From: Candidatus Magasanikiibacteriota bacterium
GTDB taxonomy: Bacteria > Patescibacteriota > Patescibacteriia > Magasanikbacterales > 2-02-FULL-50-9b
Length of the DNA: 64,000 nt
Assembly: GCA_943355025.1 (NCBI GenBank)
Contig: CALRDW010000005.1
Location: 244 to 64,243, forward strand
Direction: 5' to 3'
Shown: positions 1 through 8,479 of the stretch, one piece after another
How positions within the stretch are numbered: position 1 is the stretch's first letter
Layout: every line of letters starts with the position of its first letter
Program-made: the position numbers and the translations under genes
Notes under the pieces: generated by a model
What the model saw: only the letters and a program-made list of their open reading frames with translations
Told to the model about the DNA's origin: nothing
Database searches by the model: none

Positions 1-969
1 GAGATCCTTGCGACAGAGGAAAATCCCGCCCGGGTACGGCAAGCGGCCCATTTTGTCGCCGTCGATTGATACAGACATCACCTGTTCGACATTGAAGCCG
101 AACTTGAGGTCTTTGTTAACGAACGGAACAGTAAAGCCCGCGAATGCCGCATCAACGTGCAGATAGATGTTCGCGCACGTGTCGTGCTGCAACTTATCGA
201 TCCGCGCGCCGATTGCCTCGACAGGATCGATTGATCCCATGACGGTTGTGCCGACATTGGCAACGACGAGAAACCGTCGAAACCCTTCTTCGTAGCGAAG
301 CCGAAACACACGCTCGAGATCGTCGACATCCATTTCACCTTTGTGGTTCATGCCGACAAGTGTCGTGCCTGAGCCACGCGGATCCGTGATGAGCAAATGG
401 TCACGTCGGCAGCGTGGACAACGAGACCAGCGGGATTTCCCGAGGTCCATTTTGTCGCATGCCTTGTCGATGCTGTAGTGCGTGAGCGGCGTGCAGAGCA
501 CTGCGACGCCCCGATTCATCGGGTCTGATCGCAGTCGCAGCCACTCGCGTCCAATCCACAAACTTTGGTCATTCGCTTCGGTTGCACCGCCGCAAAAATA
601 ACCATCAACCGTGTCCGGTGTGCCGCCCATCACACTCGCCATCATCCAGATCGCGCGCGATTCGACATCGTGCAAATCACCAAAACCGGTTTCGCCCTGC
701 TTGCCGCGTGTATGCGTGCCGATCGCGTTGAGCTGCGCGACTATAATGTGATTGATGCACTCCATCTGCGCTTCGAGCAGCGGCGTGCCCGGATAACACA
801 TTGGGGGTTTCGGCTCATAATAAGGGGATTTGAGCAGCTTAGACACGGTGCCGTATTCTTTGAGAGCTCCTTCCGTTCCGTCGAGAAGCTCCGTGGTCTC
901 TGAATGGCGTGGCACTTCCGGCCATCGCCACAAATCGCCTTTGCCACCAGAAACGCGTTTACCAGACAT
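1..969 (-). CDS. Group II PLP-dependent amino acid decarboxylase (MfnA/GAD/HDC-like), 3' end runs off the window
   Basis: Not in the ORF track. Manual translation from ATG at 969 is open to position 1 and contains GYFCGGATEAN, THYSIDKA, VANVGTTVMGSIDPV, YLHVDAAFAGFTVPF and SVSIDGDKMGRLPYPGG (PLP lysine). Confidence 0.88.
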   Translation of the reverse strand, partial: MSGKRVSGGKGDLWRWPEVPRHSETTELLDGTEGALKEYGTVSKLLKSPYYEPKPPMCYPGTPLLEAQMECINHIIVAQLNAIGTHTRGKQGETGFGDLHDVESRAIWMMASVMGGTPDTVDGYFCGGATEANDQSLWIGREWLRLRSDPMNRGVAVLCTPLTHYSIDKACDKMDLGKSRWSRCPRCRRDHLLITDPRGSGTTLVGMNHKGEMDVDDLERVFRLRYEEGFRRFLVVANVGTTVMGSIDPVEAIGARIDKLQHDTCANIYLHVDAAFAGFTVPFVNKDLKFGFNVEQVMSVSIDGDKMGRLPYPGGIFLCRKDL

Positions 970-1187
970 GGGGGTGCCTCTCTAACTCTATACTTTTTGT
1001 CAAACCGCACTGCCACTTTGATAGTGCACGCGTACGTTAGACTAGGAATTATAAATAGTCAAGAGGGCGGTTTACAGCCCGTAGTGGTGTTGTGCGGCCC
1101 CTTGACGATTGTGACCCTGTGTGGCCATACTCAAGCTAGTTATTTCTAACAACGGCGTTGCGCCTTTAATTCAGAACAAGGTGAACC

Positions 1188-1433
1188 ATGGCTTTTAAAT
1201 CAATCAGTGGTGTCGTGTCGGCTGCTGACACCGGAATCTATCATCCGACCGGGCAGATCTACGTCAACGAAGATGGGGTACGGCTGTGCCCTGGATGCGG
1301 CGAGGAAGATCCGCAGCACGAGCATGACAGCGGCTCTGCGAGCGAGATGGGCCGACATCTCACGTGCAATAATCAACCTCGCTGGTTCGAAGGCTTTAGA
1401 GGACGAGGTACTAAAATCGTTGACGGCGATTAA
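1188..1433 (+). CDS. Small hypothetical protein with CxxC/His putative metal site
   Basis: AAGGTG SD before ATG, CPGC...HEH...H..C residues, terminator downstream. Confidence 0.55.
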   Translation: MAFKSISGVVSAADTGIYHPTGQIYVNEDGVRLCPGCGEEDPQHEHDSGSASEMGRHLTCNNQPRWFEGFRGRGTKIVDGD

Positions 1434-1493
1434 CGCAGCGAGCGTATGAAACGATTGCACATGGCGCGGCGCCGACAAACTTCTTGTATTATG

Positions 1494-1528
1494 CCCCCTC
1501 TGCTGCACGCAGGTGGGGCTCTTTTTTA
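1494..1528 (+). terminator. Intrinsic terminator
   Basis: gcccc-ctctgc...gcaggt-ggggc hairpin followed by tctttttt. Confidence 0.6.
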
Positions 1529-1665
1529 TCCGCCAATTGTTTCTGATTGAATTTCGCGAGCTCTACCCGAACCTTCTGTTCCATCTCTGTTCGCGATACG
1601 GCGCCCACGCCGTCCAAAATTTCCTTTGATTATAGTTTTTTTGATACATACCCCCTTAAAATAAA

Positions 1666-1690
1666 CACTCCTCCCTTGTGGGGAGGAGTG
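1666..1690. repeat. Perfect 10-bp inverted repeat (REP-like hairpin)
   Basis: cactcctccc-ttgtg-gggaggagtg. Confidence 0.6.
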
Positions 1691-1743
1691 GACGCGTAAC
1701 GGCGAAATACATAAATAAACTATAGACCCACGCACAACATGTG

Positions 1744-2067
1744 TCAGACACTTAACAGGCCGAGTTCCTCCAGACGGGCAACCACACTCACCTGTTTGCG
1801 CAGACGATTGCGAATGAACTGAATCGCCGGCGCCAATCCCGCGTCCGCGCTCACGATGATTGCGTGATCATACGCATCCTCGCGCGCGCCCACGAGCAGG
1901 TCAACGACCAACGCGACGTCAAACCCGCGCGGCGAGTTTTTATTGTACTGCGTGCAGACAATCCGCGGATCCACATTTTTGATAAACTCCTCCGCCTTTT
2001 TCCGCTGCTCCGGATCCGCCGCGACCAAAAAATCAAAAAATATGTGCACTCTCCCCTGCGTTTGCAT
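1744..2067 (-). CDS. Short, degenerate NYN (LabA/DUF88, PIN-like) domain protein
   Basis: GFDVALVVDLL..A..DAYDHAIIVSADAGLAPAI matches the NYN C-terminal half KGVD..L..D...D..ILVSGDxDF.P; the second Asp is replaced. Confidence 0.7.
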   Translation of the reverse strand: MQTQGRVHIFFDFLVAADPEQRKKAEEFIKNVDPRIVCTQYNKNSPRGFDVALVVDLLVGAREDAYDHAIIVSADAGLAPAIQFIRNRLRKQVSVVARLEELGLLSV

Positions 2068-2242
2068 AGAAATAGATTAGTTTGAATGACTATCTATACT
2101 GGGTGACATGGATGGAAAGGTTTGTCAAGGGACTAACATCATGAGAATACACAGCGCTTTAAAAAAAGGTCACAGCGACACGGAATGAATCGTTTTCTGG
2201 AGCATAGCGAAAGAAAAACACTATGAACCAGCACCAGTATGC

Positions 2243-2752
2243 CTATAATTCTCCTTGTTGTCCGCATGTAGGGCATGGCTCATGTGATTTTGCCATATCG
2301 TTTTTATGTTCCAAAAAACAGTGTGCTGTTTTACCTAATGACCTTACAAGTTTTCGCTCACTCGTTATTAAACCACCCATTGTTTTTCCTTTATGGAAAT
2401 CAACTAGCATTCCCACTCCTACATCTTGAAGAAATTTAATCCCAATTAAATTTCTATCACCTTGCACTACTGTAATTTGGTAATTTTCTATTACTAAGTC
2501 TCCAAACCTAAGATTAGCATTACGTATTTGACCTCTTGTTTGTCCCGAACCAGCTCCAGTGCTTATAACTACCTCTCCTTTTACTTTTGCACAAACTGCA
2601 TCTGCTAATTCTTGTGTCAGTATTATGCCAAATATAGACCCAGTATCTACATAGGCGTTAAAATCATATGAACCGTGCCCATCAAAAACTTCGCCTGTCA
2701 GAATAAGCTTACCTTCATCATCAATACTGAGTTTCCCAGATTTTCGCTCCAT
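2243..2752 (-). CDS. Clan AA retropepsin-like aspartyl protease with C-terminal Cys/His tail
   Basis: AYVDTGS catalytic motif, NLIGIKFL second motif, tail HCFLEH...HEPCPTC. Confidence 0.8.
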   Translation of the reverse strand: MERKSGKLSIDDEGKLILTGEVFDGHGSYDFNAYVDTGSIFGIILTQELADAVCAKVKGEVVISTGAGSGQTRGQIRNANLRFGDLVIENYQITVVQGDRNLIGIKFLQDVGVGMLVDFHKGKTMGGLITSERKLVRSLGKTAHCFLEHKNDMAKSHEPCPTCGQQGEL

Positions 2753-2878
2753 AGTTTTGTAGAATGACAGTATTTAGTACAAAGTCACTAGATAAGCAAT
2801 GTTTGACAGAGATATAATACACGCGCAAGGCGAGCATAGGAAAGGGTCTAAAACATATATTACGCCAGCCAAAACATA

Positions 2879-3961
2879 TTATTCACGTTCACCTAAAATA
2901 AATTCTGCACGCTTAAATAACTCATCGAAAGTAAGAATTTCCACAGCATGAATACCTTGCCGAAATCTTTCGAAAGAATTCCTTTGGTCTCTATCCGCCG
3001 CTATCTGACTTAGCTTGCCAATTAATAGAATCCCTTTTGGGATAACGGTGTAGGCTTCGTTTTCTTCAAATCTGTCTCGATTGTCATCTGTCCTAGAGCC
3101 GGTGATTTCCCATGTGCTTAGATTTGCCTGCAATTGAGTGATGCCGTCTGTCAGTTCTTTTGCCACACTCCAAGCACCATTGCGCTGCGCTGAAGCTCCT
3201 TGAATAATAGGTGTTGCGGGAGTTTTTATCTCAACTAATACAGTAAATTTGATGTCTCCTTCAGCAGTACATAGTGTATCTCCTCTTTGTCCGCCAGTAC
3301 CATCAACCCTTGTACCACCATAGTGCGGCTGACTTTGTTCTTGCTTTAGAATTTGGTAATTCAAGCCATAGCCGAATATCCACCGATTCCTTTCGAAGAA
3401 ATCCTGCCAATAAGCCTCCTCTCCAACCCCCTTGATTGGCAAGCTAGTTCTGAATTCTTCTAATGCTTCGAGCCTAGTTTCATGAAGATGGTTTAACAAT
3501 ATTTTCTTAGCAAGTTCCGGAGCATTTTCCTTTAGTAAGGACCAAAATTCTTCAGAGTAATTATTGTCTAAAATTTGCTGAAGTACCTGCCGCTTATTTG
3601 CATCGTCTATTACGATAACCCTATCTGAAGGAGCTACAACATATTCTTGGTATCCAGACACCACTCCTTGTTCAGCAATTTTTCGACGTTTTTGAATTTC
3701 TTCACAGAATATTTTTGTTTGCTCTGTGCCCAGCTCGATCTCTACTCCCTCATATAATTTTAGTTTTCTAAAATCTTGCCCATCCAACTGTTCCCATTTT
3801 TTGTCTCTTTCTTTTTTAAATCGAACAAGTATTCCACGAACGCCTCCGGAATGAATTGCTGGTTTGAAAATTAACACCGTATCAGATGTTTGCTTCAATA
3901 CGATCCAATCTGTTTTGGCAAACCCTGTAGTTACTGTTAGTGTTTTTATTTTATCGCTCAC
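2879..3961 (-). CDS. sduA: Shedu anti-phage nuclease (DUF4263)
   Basis: E..WQDFFERNRWIFG, GDTL, VLVEIKTP, ELTDGITQ and ILTFDEL are typical DUF4263 PD-(D/E)XK motifs; GTG start. Confidence 0.88.
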   Translation of the reverse strand: MSDKIKTLTVTTGFAKTDWIVLKQTSDTVLIFKPAIHSGGVRGILVRFKKERDKKWEQLDGQDFRKLKLYEGVEIELGTEQTKIFCEEIQKRRKIAEQGVVSGYQEYVVAPSDRVIVIDDANKRQVLQQILDNNYSEEFWSLLKENAPELAKKILLNHLHETRLEALEEFRTSLPIKGVGEEAYWQDFFERNRWIFGYGLNYQILKQEQSQPHYGGTRVDGTGGQRGDTLCTAEGDIKFTVLVEIKTPATPIIQGASAQRNGAWSVAKELTDGITQLQANLSTWEITGSRTDDNRDRFEENEAYTVIPKGILLIGKLSQIAADRDQRNSFERFRQGIHAVEILTFDELFKRAEFILGERE

Positions 3962-3984
3962 AGAGAAAAGTATATTTACGCAAA

Positions 3985-5868
3985 CTATTTTTTATAGGAG
4001 CCCTTAAACAATTTTCCAATCTCCTCATCCTCAAAATACACGAAACATCCTTTCATCCCTCGTGTCATCAAGGTTCGATAGGTATTTTTAATAATCGCAT
4101 CTGCTTTTTCGCGTGCACCAATTGGATCAATCTTCAATGCAGCCTTAAAACCAGATAACGACTTGTCCGTACGCGCACGCTTTGTTGGATCTGTGATCAC
4201 CTGTCCATCGCGCACAATTAAATCGCGGCCAACGATCACACCCACATAATCAACCTCCAAACCTTGGCATGTGTGAATACAACCAATTTGATTGACCGAC
4301 TCCGGCGCTTGAATCCACAAATTCCCATCTGTCGCCAAATTCCATTGCATACCAAAATCATGTTCGGGAATAATAACATCCATAGCGGATTTATCATTAC
4401 GACTCACCCAATTCCAACAATATCCCGCAACCAATCGTGCCTTGTTAGAAATTTTGCCATCTTTGTCGAGAACATTATTTTTTTCAATAATCAAATCGCG
4501 CAATTCATTCGGTGAATCAACGACACGAAAATCATAGTCGAAATCTGAAAACTCCAAATTTGCCGTTTCACGAATTTGCAACATGTTATCGAGCCACGCT
4601 AAATATCCATCAGAACCATTACACCGAAACTGCGACGTTAGCTCCATGTGTGTCACTTTCGCACCTGCCTCACGCGCAATTTTTTCAATTTCATCTTTCG
4701 AACCAATATCAGACCAGGTCACTCGCTGATCTTCATCAATAAAAAATACAGAACATTTTGCCGCCGCAATAATTTCCTTGATCTGATTTTCACCCTTGTT
4801 TTTATAAATACCTGATTTTTCATTTAAACGATGCGCCTCATCAACCACGAGTGCATCAAATGAATTTGCCTCACAACCAATGAACACACCCGAACTTAAA
4901 AAGAAGTTCCGTATGTCCACTCTTCGCATATGTCCAACAAGGCGGCTGTAAAACACATCCCGCGGAGCAGCATTTTTCGTAACGTAACGAACATTCTTAT
5001 GATCTTGTTTTGTAATGTCAACCAATAAATTAACCGCAACAACCGACTTCCCAGTACCAGGGCCACCTTGAACAATTAAAACATTTTTATTACTTTCTGC
5101 AGATGTACGCGCCAACATGAGCGCGTTTTCGTAAACTATTTTTTGCTCATCTATCATCAAAAATTCTTTATTTCCTTTTAACAACGAAGCAAGGCTGTCT
5201 ACCAATTTTTTTGATGGCTTAATCTCGCCATTGTCGACCCTAAACATTATATTATTCTTGTCACCATATTTAACAAACTGTTTGATAAATGCGGCCAATT
5301 TTCTCGTATCGCTTTTTAAAAAAACAGGCGCTTGCTCAGTGTATTCACGATAAAAATCGTTTCGAATAACATCATCCTCATTATAATTATGCAAATAAGC
5401 ACACGGATGTATACGAATATCATCGTCTTCCACGGTCTTGCTGAAACCCTTAAGCAATTCCGAATATGTAAGCGCTTGATATGACGGATGATTTGCTTCA
5501 CGAATACCACCACCAACCCACGTGCTCACAATTGCGTCTTTATCAGTCATGTCAGCGGACTCCCACTGTTTGAGTTCGACCAAAACAACATGGTCCGAAC
5601 CATTTTCTCCTTGACCACTCAAAATAAAATCAACACGCTTGCGGCTCAGCGGAATCATGTACTCAATTGATACCACTGAACCACCTGGTATCTCTTCATC
5701 AACCAATACACCGTGCATGAAACGCAAAGAATTTGCGAAAGCACGAACTTCCGCATGAGTCGCGGTTACATTAACCTTCTTTCGAAGATACTCAAAAATA
5801 ATGTCGGCGATATCGCCATCAATCACGTGATCAAGAAACTCTGTTTTAGGATATGAATATACAATCAT
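3985..5868 (-). CDS. DUF2075 (Schlafen group 3-like) helicase with N-terminal PD-(D/E)XK-like nuclease
   Basis: RVDFIL...VELKQW N-domain, Walker A GGPGTGKS, Walker B VVDEAH, SQFRCNG, IGCIHTCQGLE, NTYRTLMTRG. Confidence 0.9.
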   Translation of the reverse strand: MIVYSYPKTEFLDHVIDGDIADIIFEYLRKKVNVTATHAEVRAFANSLRFMHGVLVDEEIPGGSVVSIEYMIPLSRKRVDFILSGQGENGSDHVVLVELKQWESADMTDKDAIVSTWVGGGIREANHPSYQALTYSELLKGFSKTVEDDDIRIHPCAYLHNYNEDDVIRNDFYREYTEQAPVFLKSDTRKLAAFIKQFVKYGDKNNIMFRVDNGEIKPSKKLVDSLASLLKGNKEFLMIDEQKIVYENALMLARTSAESNKNVLIVQGGPGTGKSVVAVNLLVDITKQDHKNVRYVTKNAAPRDVFYSRLVGHMRRVDIRNFFLSSGVFIGCEANSFDALVVDEAHRLNEKSGIYKNKGENQIKEIIAAAKCSVFFIDEDQRVTWSDIGSKDEIEKIAREAGAKVTHMELTSQFRCNGSDGYLAWLDNMLQIRETANLEFSDFDYDFRVVDSPNELRDLIIEKNNVLDKDGKISNKARLVAGYCWNWVSRNDKSAMDVIIPEHDFGMQWNLATDGNLWIQAPESVNQIGCIHTCQGLEVDYVGVIVGRDLIVRDGQVITDPTKRARTDKSLSGFKAALKIDPIGAREKADAIIKNTYRTLMTRGMKGCFVYFEDEEIGKLFKGSYKK

Positions 5869-6221
5869 ACGTCTGTATACTCCGTATACTTCCCAAACTT
5901 CCCCCTCGCCTTCTCAACCGGATACTTCCCCTCATTCTCCCCCATCTTGCGCGCAAACGCCGCGCCCAAATCAATCCCCAAGTCGTGCGCCATGAGTAAC
6001 ACCCAGTAGAGCGTGTCAGCGAGCTCGTCGCCAACGTCATCCGTGTGCGCGCGCAGGTGCGCGGCAATGTCATCCGCGCTCTTCCACTGAAAATGCTCAA
6101 GCACCTCCGTGGCCTCAAGCACAAGCGAGATCGCCACATCCTTCGGATTATGAAACTGCTTCCAATCGCGCGCGTCGCGGAAGGCAACAATCTTCTGAGT
6201 TAATTCCTGAATCGAATCCAT
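5865..6221 (-). CDS. MazG-like nucleotide pyrophosphohydrolase (dCTPase-like)
   Basis: FRDARDWKQFHNPKD, EATEVLEHFQW, DELADTL, KM..NE.KYPV; ATGA overlap with the DUF2075 gene. Confidence 0.92.
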   Translation of the reverse strand: MDSIQELTQKIVAFRDARDWKQFHNPKDVAISLVLEATEVLEHFQWKSADDIAAHLRAHTDDVGDELADTLYWVLLMAHDLGIDLGAAFARKMGENEGKYPVEKARGKFGKYTEYTDV

Positions 6222-6268
6222 AGTGCCCCCATCATACCCACTTTCTCTAAATCAAACAATACACCTAG

Positions 6269-6297
6269 TTGACACACCAAATCACACATGTTATATT
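6269..6297 (+). promoter_or_regulatory. Near-consensus sigma70 promoter driving the candidate ncRNA
   Basis: TTGACA (6269-6274), 17 nt spacer, TATATT (6292-6297), extended -10 TG. Confidence 0.8.
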
Positions 6298-6303
6298 TTA
6301 TTC

Positions 6304-6430
6304 GAAGCTTACAATAATAACTTTTGGGACGCTTCGGTGCTCCCCCGGAATATCTGGGGTCTCAGCCGAGGAGAACGAATCCAAGAGACGTAGCTTCACC
6401 AAAACTCCCGATCACTTGATCGGGTTTTTT
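6304..6430 (+). ncRNA. Candidate structured ncRNA convergent with the DUF3800 gene (DUF3800 RNA motif-like)
   Basis: GC-rich stretch between promoter and terminator. Stems ttttgg/ccaaaa, ccccgga-ata-tctgggg and gtctc/gagac. No credible + strand ORF. Confidence 0.65.
6407..6430 (+). terminator. Intrinsic terminator ending the candidate ncRNA
   Basis: cccgatc-actt-gatcggg followed by T6. Confidence 0.85.
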
Positions 6431-6434
6431 GTTA

Positions 6435-7082
6435 TCAGACAAACAGTTCGATGCCAGTACCGACGATATTTTCCTTCAAAATATCCATACATTCCTGCCC
6501 CAACGGTTTTTCATTCAAATACGCCGCAATTGCGCCGGCGATCCAATCTGCAATTTGTATATTTCGATCTACAGCCGAATCGACGCGGTCAATTCTGACC
6601 TTCGTTCCTCGTAAAGCATCCTTATAAATTTTTGTTCTGAGCATTTCTTTAAATTCAACATCAGTCACACCCTTTAATCGCCGCTGATCACAAATAACAA
6701 AAAATTCCTTATCGGTCGATGGAAAATATTGCTCGATCACCTTTCCAACCATATGTGTATACAGCAGCCCACCCTGGATGATGCTTTTACGCATATATTT
6801 CGTAGGAAAATTTTCACATTTAAAATATACAAATTGGATTCTCACTTCAAGCGAGCAGATAAAACGAAGCGTCCGAAGCCTAAGTGCACGGTCTATCCCA
6901 TTCCCTGAATATTTTATCTCGGCCAGTGCCCGCATTTTCTTCGGGAATTTAGTTCGACACCATGCTTTAAATCGTTTTGCTGATTTTTTAGGATCATCAA
7001 CAGTAAAAGATGCAATAATAAAATATCGCTCGTTTCCCCGTTCAACAAACGGACCACTTTCATCAATAAAAATAGTTGCCAT
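6435..7082 (-). CDS. DUF3800 family protein (predicted RNase H-like fold)
   Basis: N-terminal IFIDESG, central EIKYS and CDQR, C-terminal IQIADWIAG. Confidence 0.88.
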   Translation of the reverse strand: MATIFIDESGPFVERGNERYFIIASFTVDDPKKSAKRFKAWCRTKFPKKMRALAEIKYSGNGIDRALRLRTLRFICSLEVRIQFVYFKCENFPTKYMRKSIIQGGLLYTHMVGKVIEQYFPSTDKEFFVICDQRRLKGVTDVEFKEMLRTKIYKDALRGTKVRIDRVDSAVDRNIQIADWIAGAIAAYLNEKPLGQECMDILKENIVGTGIELFV

Positions 7083-7231
7083 ATCCCCCTTAAAATTTTA
7101 TGATGCAATCTTATGCTTTCATGAAACTAAACGCAAATATCGCGAATATATTTTATTCACGCAATAATATCAATAATTAGTGAATAACCACTACAAAACA
7201 CCCCCTATTCACTAATAAATCTGTCAAATAC

Positions 7232-8179
7232 TTATCGATCCCACAAAAACCCTCTCCCAAAATGCCCCCACATGCACGTCTCCGCATATCGCACGTCAGC
7301 CAACCGGAGCGCCCCCCGAATCCCCGCCGGCGACAAATCATACCCGCTCACAACCTCCTCAACCCCATCCACCACCGCAGAGGCCATAACCGGTTCCGCC
7401 TTCCCAATCGCATACGCCAATTTCACGACAACCTCTCGCGCCCCCACGCGCGCACCCAACAAATCCACCGCAATCTTCCGCGCCATATACGCGCCCGACC
7501 GATCGACCTTCGTGTAATCCTTCCCCGAAAACGAACCGCCGCCAATCGCAACCTCCGGCCCGTAATTGTCGACGATCAATTTGCGCCCCGACAAACCCGT
7601 GTCCGCGTCGAACCCGCCCTGCGTCCATTCGCCCGCCCGATTAATAATATATTCCCCCGCGCCCGGAATCACAGCCTGCACAATCGCCAATAAATCCGCG
7701 CTCTTAGTATTCTGAAAACTCGCGACCACGCATGTGACCACCCCATCCTCAACCGTCACCTGCGTTTTGCCGTCAAACGGATACACGCCAAAAATCGCCT
7801 GACACAGCCGCCGCGCCAAAACGTACTCCAAAGGCAACAACTCCGGAGTCTCTGCACACGCATACCCCTTCATAATTCCCTGGTCGCCCGCGCCACCCGT
7901 ATCAACGCCCTGCGCAATCTCCGGACTCTGCCGCGCAATATTCGTCAAAACCACAAACTCCTCGCCCACAATATCCCGCACCACCCGCTGCATATCCGGC
8001 GCCACTCCCGCCGCCGTCACCTCTCCATTAATCGTCACCAAATTATGCCCGCCCATCACCTCAATCGCCACGCGCGCCCGCGGGTCAACCGCCAAGTACG
8101 CGTCGAGAATGCTGTCCGCAATAAAATCACAAATCTTGTCCGGGTGCTTCGGTGAAACGAACTCTGCTGTCTTAATCAT
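7232..8179 (-). CDS. metK: S-adenosylmethionine synthetase (compact form)
   Basis: EFVSPKHPDKICD, GAGDQG, DGKTQV, GLSGRKLIVDNYG, GGGSFSGKDYTKVDRSGAY. Confidence 0.96.
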   Translation of the reverse strand: MIKTAEFVSPKHPDKICDFIADSILDAYLAVDPRARVAIEVMGGHNLVTINGEVTAAGVAPDMQRVVRDIVGEEFVVLTNIARQSPEIAQGVDTGGAGDQGIMKGYACAETPELLPLEYVLARRLCQAIFGVYPFDGKTQVTVEDGVVTCVVASFQNTKSADLLAIVQAVIPGAGEYIINRAGEWTQGGFDADTGLSGRKLIVDNYGPEVAIGGGSFSGKDYTKVDRSGAYMARKIAVDLLGARVGAREVVVKLAYAIGKAEPVMASAVVDGVEEVVSGYDLSPAGIRGALRLADVRYAETCMWGHFGRGFLWDR

Positions 8180-8201
8180 ATAATTGGCCCATCAAATTAA
8201 A

Positions 8202-8228
8202 ATAAAAAATCCTGTGAATAATACAGGA
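8202..8228 (-). terminator. Riboswitch expression-platform terminator
   Basis: On the minus strand: tcctgt-attattc-acagga then tttttattt, between the aptamer and the metK start. Confidence 0.75.
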
Positions 8229-8241
8229 AAGATTGCCGCAT

Positions 8242-8354
8242 AATATCTTTCCCGTTGCCGGGCTGGATGTGGCACCTGTCGCGCACGCCGCATGCGTCGT
8301 CGATGGTTGCCGGTGGGTCAGTGAGCCAGTGCTCTCGCCACTCTCTAGATAATT
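8242..8354 (-). ncRNA. SAM-I (S-box) riboswitch
   Basis: Minus strand reads ATCTAGAG-TGGCGAGAGCACTGGC-TGA-CCGGCAACC-GGTGCCACATCC-GAAAGAT, upstream of metK. Confidence 0.92.
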
Positions 8355-8436
8355 ACTTCTTTAATTGTCGGACCTAATTAGTATAGCACAAAAACTTTCT
8401 TGCGCAACTCTCTCATAAACTGATGTAACGAAATTA

Positions 8437-8470
8437 AAAAACACGCGGCCCCGGGAAGCCGCGTGTTTTA
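8437..8470. terminator. Bidirectional intrinsic terminator
   Basis: aaaaacacgcggc-cccgggaa-gccgcgtgtttt. Confidence 0.75.
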
Positions 8471-8479
8471 ATTCCACAT

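Noticed and set aside
590-612. Suspected frameshift in the decarboxylase
   Set aside because: Re-reading gives GAT GGT TAT TTT TGC GGC GGT in frame; the gene is continuous.
78-1149. ORF-track ORFs at 78, 565, 741 and 904
   Set aside because: They overlap the decarboxylase frame, which has clear family motifs.
6304-6430. tRNA or riboswitch identity for the structured RNA
   Set aside because: No T-loop GTTCRA, anticodon arm or CCA end, and no downstream same-strand gene to regulate.
6269-6598. 109-aa + strand ORF over the candidate ncRNA
   Set aside because: Its TTG start is the -35 box itself, it crosses a terminator, and it runs antisense into DUF3800.
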